Assembly (NCBI GenBank): GCA_022813965.1
Contig: JALDZS010000023.1
Coordinates: forward strand, 62,001 to 126,000
Length of the DNA: 64,000 nt
Direction of reading: 5' to 3'
From: Toensbergia leucococca
Lineage: Eukaryota
Shown in pieces: positions 57,919 through 64,000 of the stretch. The translations under genes were made by a program, and so were the position numbers. The notes beneath the pieces are model-generated. The model was not told where the DNA came from. It did no database searches and worked only from the letters and a program-made list of their open reading frames with translations. The stretch's first letter is position 1. Every line of letters begins with the position of its first letter.

Positions 57919-58669
57919 GATTGCCCAGCACAGCCTTCTTTTCCTTCCCCCGACTAGTTTCAATAAATTATTTCAAAGAGACCCTTAAGCGTGCAAAAGA
58001 GTATAAGCCAAAATGATTGGTGTTGTCTTCTGTTGCAGACGACAAGATTGTCCTCTTGGTAAAGTCTAATGGTTTAGATGGGAGAAATCTTCAGATGTTC
58101 CAATTGCTGCCTTGCGGTGTGATGCTAGCGTAAATTGTATTGAGAGTCGAGTGCTTGAAACGACAAGCAGCTGGGAAAGTCAACTGCCAGCGTGTCGAGG
58201 TGGTAATAGCTAGGCGACTACCTCGAAGGTCGAGCCTGGGGAGCCGTTGTCCGTTGGTGTCATGGTTCATGGACCATGCCAGGTTTGTCGCATGACTTAT
58301 TTTAGCAAATCTTGAGCAATGGAGTGGAAGGTTCTCGCATTGGGACTGAGCTATTCGTAGAAATAGACTTCCTTCAAGATGTGTCGCTCTACCAAGCTTG
58401 TGAAAAAAAAAAGTCCCCTTGCAGTCGTCTCGTCGCAAGCATCGAAATTCCGAAACACATCTAGAAAGGGCTAGCCTGGTGGGAGGAGGCTCTGGCTGAC
58501 TAATGTCGTTGACGTGCCAGAGTGTGCCTGAGTTCAGGACCGCCGAGTCGTCCAAAACACTGTATCAACACCGCCTTCTTCAATTTACTTCTATCCTCGA
58601 ACTTATTGACCAAACAAATAGACACAATAAACTCGACCACTGCGTACATAGCCGCCATTCATCGGGAGT

Positions 58670-58675
58670 GGAGCT
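58670..58675 (+). promoter_or_regulatory. Candidate Rpn4-type proteasome control element GGAGCT upstream of RPN2
   Basis: GGAGCT lies ~100 bp before the RPN2 ATG. As recalled, this hexamer is enriched upstream of proteasome genes in filamentous ascomycetes, but a hexamer also occurs by chance. Confidence 0.3.
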
Positions 58676-58776
58676 TTCTCATCGCGCCACGACCCGCCTT
58701 GAACGGCCGCTTCGGCAATCTTGGCCTTTGTACTCCTGCAAAAGGTTGATATATCGCGGGTCCAAACGAGGGTAAG

Positions 58777-61700
58777 ATGGTTGGCTTGACATCAGCCGTT
58801 GGTGTTGTGGGTTTTCTATCAGAGCCAGATCCAGAGCTTCAAATTTTTGCTCTTCGAAAACTGAATGAAGAGATCGATTCATTATGGACTGAAGTCGCGG
58901 GCTCCATCGGGGAAATAGAAGCTCTATATGAAGATGAGACTTTTCCTGAACGTGAGCTGGCTGCCCTTGTCGCTGCGAAGGTCTACTACAATCTCCAAGA
59001 ATACAATGAGAGCATGGTGTTTGCCCTCGGTGCTGGAGAGCTATTCAATCTGGATCACGGTGGGGAGTTTGAAGACACCATCATTTCGAAGTGCGTCGAC
59101 ACATACATTGCGCTCTCTGCCATGCATAACCCTGCAACGCCAGCGAGCACAGTGAATCAGCAACCATCACAGCTCACTACTGCCTTCCCTTCATCAATAA
59201 ATGGTGCTTCGAATACTTCTGCGAGTCTTACGTCGCCGACCACTCCTTTCTCACAATCTACCCTACCTTCCAAGTCACTTCTCTCACGGCAAGACAGCTC
59301 GACTACCTTTGATCCATCATTACCTGGAGGTGGTAATGCTGGTGTTCCGGGCGCACATCCATCACCCCTTGCGCTACAACGGGGTATTCAAAAACAATTA
59401 CTGGCCATCATAGACCAGCTCTTCGAGCGTTGCTATCAAGCCGGTCGATATCGGCAGGTCGTTGGCATCGCAGTGGAGGCGCGGAAGCTGGATGTTCTTC
59501 GAAAGACTATTCTGCGAGCGAATGAGGATGAGAAGAGAGAGAACAAATCACATGGCGAGGGAATTGTGGGATGGGGCGAGGAGCTGATGGAGTATGTTCT
59601 GGAGATTTGCATGGGAGTGGTGCAGGAGCGTGGATTACGGAACGAGGTATTTTCACCGACCCTTCAAGCTTAAGCCTTGGACCAATACTGATTTGATGTG
59701 GATCGTATAGCTGCTCAGACTCATTTTGGATCTACTCAACGAGATTCCTTCCCCGGATTACTTTTCTATCGCCAAATGCATAGTATATCTGAACGAGCAC
59801 ACGATGGCGTCTGACGTCCTGACCTTGTTGGTCAAGAAAGGCGACTCTAGGTCTCTAGCAATCGCGTATCAGATTGCCTTTGACCTTTATGACAATAGCA
59901 CTCAGGAGTTCCTCAAGCGAGTTCGGGAAGAATTGCCCAAGACACCTGTGCCAGCGCAAGCTGAAGAGGCAAGCACAGTGGAACCGATGGACACAGACAA
60001 TGCCGAAAACACTCAGGAAACCGATCAGCTACTGCAAGAGTTGAATGATAGTGCCGGCCCACCTGCTTCATCGCTGGAAAACTCACCAGAAAAGCAGGAG
60101 CCTCTGTCTCCTGAATCCGAGAAAGCATTCGATTCAATACGAGACATTTTAAGAGGGACGAAATCTATTGAGCTGGATCTGGAATTTCTTTATCGAAATA
60201 ACCACACTGACATGACTATTTTGACAAAGATCAAGGACAGCCTAGAGGCAAGGAATTCCATCTTCCATACAGCTGTGACTTTAGCAAATGCTTTCATGCA
60301 CGCCGGGACTACAAATGACAAGTTCTTTCGCGACAACCTCGAGTGGCTTGGTAAAGCGGTCAATTGGTCCAAGTTCACCGCCACCGCTGCACTTGGAGTC
60401 ATTCACCGGGGTAATCTGGGCCAGGGGCAAAAGCTGTTAGAACCGTATTTACCCAAAGAGCAGATCGCGGGCGCAAATACAGGCTCGGCTTACAGTCAAG
60501 GAGGCTCACTATATGCTCTTGGATTGATATACGCAAACCATGAGACCCTCGCCCTCGATGTCATACGTGAACATTTCAAGAAGGCGACTGAGGAAGTTGT
60601 TCAGCACGGCGGAGCCCTTGGTCTTGGTGTTGCTGGTATGGCTACGGGTGACGAAGGTATCTACGAAGATCTCAAAGGTGTTTTGTACACAGACTCAGCC
60701 ATCAATGGTGAGGCCGTCGGCATCGCCATGGGACTGATTATGCTTGGTACCGGTAATATAAAGGCACTCGAAGACATGATCCAGTATGCACATGATACGC
60801 AGCACGAAAAGATCGTTCGTGGGCTTGCGCTGGGAATGGCTCTCATCATGTACGGCCGACAAGAAGCTGCCGACGAGCTAGTGAATGGGCTTTTGGACGA
60901 TCCCGATTCGATACTTCGATATGGAGGCATCCAGACCCTGGCGCTGGCCTACTGTGGTACTGGCAGTAACAAAGCTGTCCGAAAGCTATTGCATGTGGCT
61001 GTAAGCGACGTTAGCGACGACGTTCGAAGAATAGCCGTGATGAGTCTCGGTTTCATACTCTTCAGGAAACCTAATAGTGTGCCCCGAATGGTTGAACTGC
61101 TCTCGGAGTCTTACAATCCTCATGTTCGTTATGGTGCAGCAATGGCACTAGGCATATCGTGCGCAGGAACCGGCTTAGATGACGCTATAGACCTACTGGA
61201 GCCAATGATCAAGGACCCTACGGATTTTGTACGCCAAGGAGCTCTGATTTCTCTCTCGATGATCATGGTGCAGCAAAATGAAGCGATGAATCCGAAAGTT
61301 GGGACTATCCGGAAGACCTTACAAAAGGCCATTGGTGATCGGCACGAAGATGCAATGACCAAATTTGGGAGTGCTATTTCCTTGGGTATAATTGATGCTG
61401 GTGGGCGCAACTGCACCATCAGCCTACAGACACAGACTGGTAACCTCAACATGGCTGGTATTGTCGGCATGGCTGTGTTTACACAGTACTGGTACTGGTT
61501 CCCCCTCACTCATTTCTTGTCCCTCAGCTTCAGACCGACATCGGTCATTGGCGTCGACCAGGAACTCGAGGTTCCAAGCTTCAAGTTCCATAGTGCAACG
61601 CGGCCAAGTCTCTTCGATTATCCACCAGAGCAAGAGACAAAGACTGAGGACGCGCCAGAAAAGGTGAAGACTGCCGTACTCTCTACAACTGCGCAAGCCA

Positions 61701-62373
61701 AACGAAGAGCCCAGAAGAAGGAAAAGCAACAGAGGCGCGAAAGCATGGACATTGATCAAACTCCTACAACGCCGAAAATACCCACTCTTGGCGACAAAAT
61801 GGATACCGATGAGCCTGCAATAAAGGTGGAAGAGGAGAAGGAGGCGGAGAAAAAAGAAGGCGAAGATGTAAAGAGCACGCCATCTGCACCGGAAGGCCTA
61901 AGGAAGAAGATGGAGAAAGAGAAAGTTGGCTACGACCTGGAAAATATGTCTCGGGTTCTTCCTGCACAGCTGAAATTCATTAGCTTCCCAGATGGGAGGT
62001 ACGAGCCCGTTAAGAAGGTGTGTATTTTCTGTTTTACTTGATTCATTGCAGTACACTTACCAGTGCGCAGCCAACAGGAGGTGTTATTCTGTTGAATGAT
62101 ACTGCTCCAACGGAGTCAAAGTCACTCATGGAGCTTAAAGCAAAGAAAAACGTCAAATCAGCCGCCGCACCCGAGACTCTACAAGATCGAGTTAACGCCG
62201 CTTTCAGCAACGCGAATTCATTGGGGGAGTCCACAGCAGGAGCAGGAGGAGCAGCAGAGGCTGTTGGTGTACTGACAGCAGTGGATGAGGATGCCGAAGG
62301 TGAAGAAGCCGCAGAAGTGCCGAGAGAATTCGAATACTACTCTGATGGAGGTGGTCCAGAAGAGGAGGAATGA
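58777..62373 (+). CDS. RPN2: 26S proteasome regulatory subunit Rpn2, 3 exons
   Basis: MVGLTSAVGVVGFLSEP, NWSKFTATAALGVIH, PC repeats, SYNPHVRYG, FTQYWYWFPL, AVLSTTAQAKRR and C-terminal VPREFEYY. Introns at ~59647-59710 and ~62018-62070. Confidence 0.96.
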
Positions 62374-62806
62374 AGGGAAACTTCTTGAGAGAAATCTCTG
62401 TGTTACTAGCATATTGTGTTCTTTGTATGCCAGGACCTGCTTCAAGGAAAAGGCAGTGACAAAGCGTCGACAGGGGTATTTGGGGGCAATAGATATGCAT
62501 AGCATTGTATAACAGAGGCATTAATCCTGAATTAGATGAAACTCGGCGCAGGAGATGAGAAATTCAACAATTTCTACGATGATTCCGGCGCGAAGTGTAT
62601 TCATTATATATGGATTGAGTATCTGTATGTCGCTGTGAAGGCTGAAGGGGGCACTGTACACAACGCATAGGGCTGAATCCAAGTTGCAACCTGTCGCTTC
62701 GCTTCCCAAATTCCTCATAAATAAATCCAACCCCCCAATCAACAACCACAAACCCACCAAAACTAAAAACAAACGCTTCCTCCCCCACCCCTCAAAACAA
62801 AAAAAA

Positions 62807-63738
62807 ATGGACCTCCTCCGCTCAACCCTCCAGCCCCTAACCCACAACCTCCCCCCACCGCTCCCCTCAGCCCTAACCTCCCTCCTAGGCCCCACCTGCT
62901 ACCAAACCCTCATCCTGGACCTAAACCCCACCCACACCCCCTGCCTCACCCTCCTCGTCTCCAAATCCCTCTCCCTCCTCATCCTCCTCGCCTCCTCCAT
63001 CGTCAAAATCCCCCAACTCCTCAAACTCCTTTCCAGCCGCTCCAGCACCGGCCTCTCCTTCCCCGCCTACGCCCTCGAAACGACCGCCTACCTCATCACG
63101 CTCGCCTACAGCGCGCGCAAGGGCTTTCCCTTCAGCACGTATGGCGAGACGGCGCTGATTGCGGTGCAGGATTTTGTGATTGGTGGGTTGGTGCTGGGGT
63201 TTGCGGGGAGGTGGGCTGGGGCTGCGGTGTGGGGGGTAGGGGTTGTGGGCGCGGTGGGGGTGTTGATGGGGGGTGGGGTTTTGGGGGAGAGGGAGTTGGG
63301 CTGGTTGCAGGTTGGGGCCGGAGTGTTGGGGGTGGTTAGTAAGGTCCCGCAGATTTGGACGGTGTGGAGGGAGGGGGGGACGGGGCAGTTGAGTGCTTTT
63401 GCTGTGAGTTTTTTTCCCCCACCTCCCTTGTTGGCGGGGGGCTGATGAATTGAGCTGATTGGGGGTGATAGGTGTTCAATTATCTCATCGGGTCGCTGAC
63501 GCGCATTTTCACGACCATGCAGGAGGTGGATGACCAGCTGATCTTATACGGGTATCTGGCGGGTTTCGTGCTCAATGCCGTCTTGGCGGCGCAGATGGTC
63601 TACTACTGGAACAGCCCAGCCACGGCGAGCCATGCGGCGGAGATTGGGACGCGGCCGGAGAAGATTGCCATGGGATCGGGAACGGGGACGGGGGCTGCGG
63701 TTAAGGGGAAGGGGCCGACGACTCGGCGGAGGGGCTAG
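62807..63738 (+). CDS. MPDU1: PQ-loop protein, mannose-P-dolichol utilization defect 1 homologue, 2 exons
   Basis: SSIVKIPQLLKL...GLSF...GFPFSTYGE, SKVPQI...TGQLSAFA|VFNYLIGSLTRIFTTMQEVDD...QMVYYW. Intron at ~63404-63471. Confidence 0.9.
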
Positions 63739-63878
63739 GGAAGGTTGGTGGGTGCTGCGGTGGGGGCGGTTTGAAGTACGAGAGGAAAATGATGCGGATG
63801 ATCTCTGTTGACGACAAAGCTCCAGTTCCATGTGATCCTCACAAAAACGTCCCCATCGTCTTCTGTCTCTCCGCTATC

Positions 63879-63998
63879 TCACCAAAGCCCACCTTCCTCA
63901 TCCCCCCCCAATTTCCTAACCTCCACCTTCGTCTTCTCCCTCAGCACCCTCCTCAAATTCTCTTCAAACCCCCTCAACAACCTCTCCCCAACTCCCCC
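63879..63998 (-). CDS. 3' end of an unidentified gene entering from the right edge
   Basis: The only minus-strand frame that stays open reads GGVGERLLRGFEENLRRVLREKTKVEVRKLGGDEEGGLW*, with the same G-rich 3'-end codon style as neighbouring genes. Confidence 0.45.
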   Translation of the reverse strand, partial: GGVGERLLRGFEENLRRVLREKTKVEVRKLGGDEEGGLW

Positions 63999-64000
63999 CT

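Noticed and set aside
59120..59380. Ser/Thr/Pro-rich insertion in Rpn2, considered as an intein or retained intron
   Set aside because: No intein terminal residues or splice signals; it reads as a low-complexity loop.
1..64000. tRNA, rRNA, CRISPR array, LTR or transposase ORFs
   Set aside because: None recognised by eye. A tRNAscan-SE or Infernal run would be needed to exclude intron-containing tRNAs.

Overview
Gene-dense eukaryotic DNA from a filamentous ascomycete (Pezizomycotina; a lichen-forming Lecanoromycete is plausible but is only an inference). The genes have short GT-AG introns with CTRAY branch points. About 25 protein-coding genes are supported. Recognisable ones are a flavin monooxygenase (partial), MRPS8, an FBXO31-like F-box protein, a cytochrome P450, a DUF4470/MYND protein, the STE6-like pheromone exporter, PBDC1/YPL225W, NOG2, mitoribosomal mS26, the ADP1 ABC transporter, a PLP aminotransferase, ERV14, PRP17/CDC40, a ZZ/EF-hand protein, COX10, CET1, RPN2 and MPDU1. 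The rest are uncharacterised. Four things are not visible in the ORF track. (1) A box H/ACA snoRNA (snR191/SNORA74-like) lies in the long NOG2 intron, with two readable guide pockets for LSU rRNA helix 69. (2) A 609-bp non-autonomous DNA transposon with ~160-bp near-perfect terminal inverted repeats and an 8-bp target-site duplication sits just upstream of PRP17. (3) A spliced 64-aa predicted secreted peptide gene is present. (4) About ten 0.5-1 kb domains switch sharply from C-rich to G-rich, mostly at gene 3' ends, and appear to override codon and even amino-acid choice. Exon boundaries were read by eye and no database searches were run.
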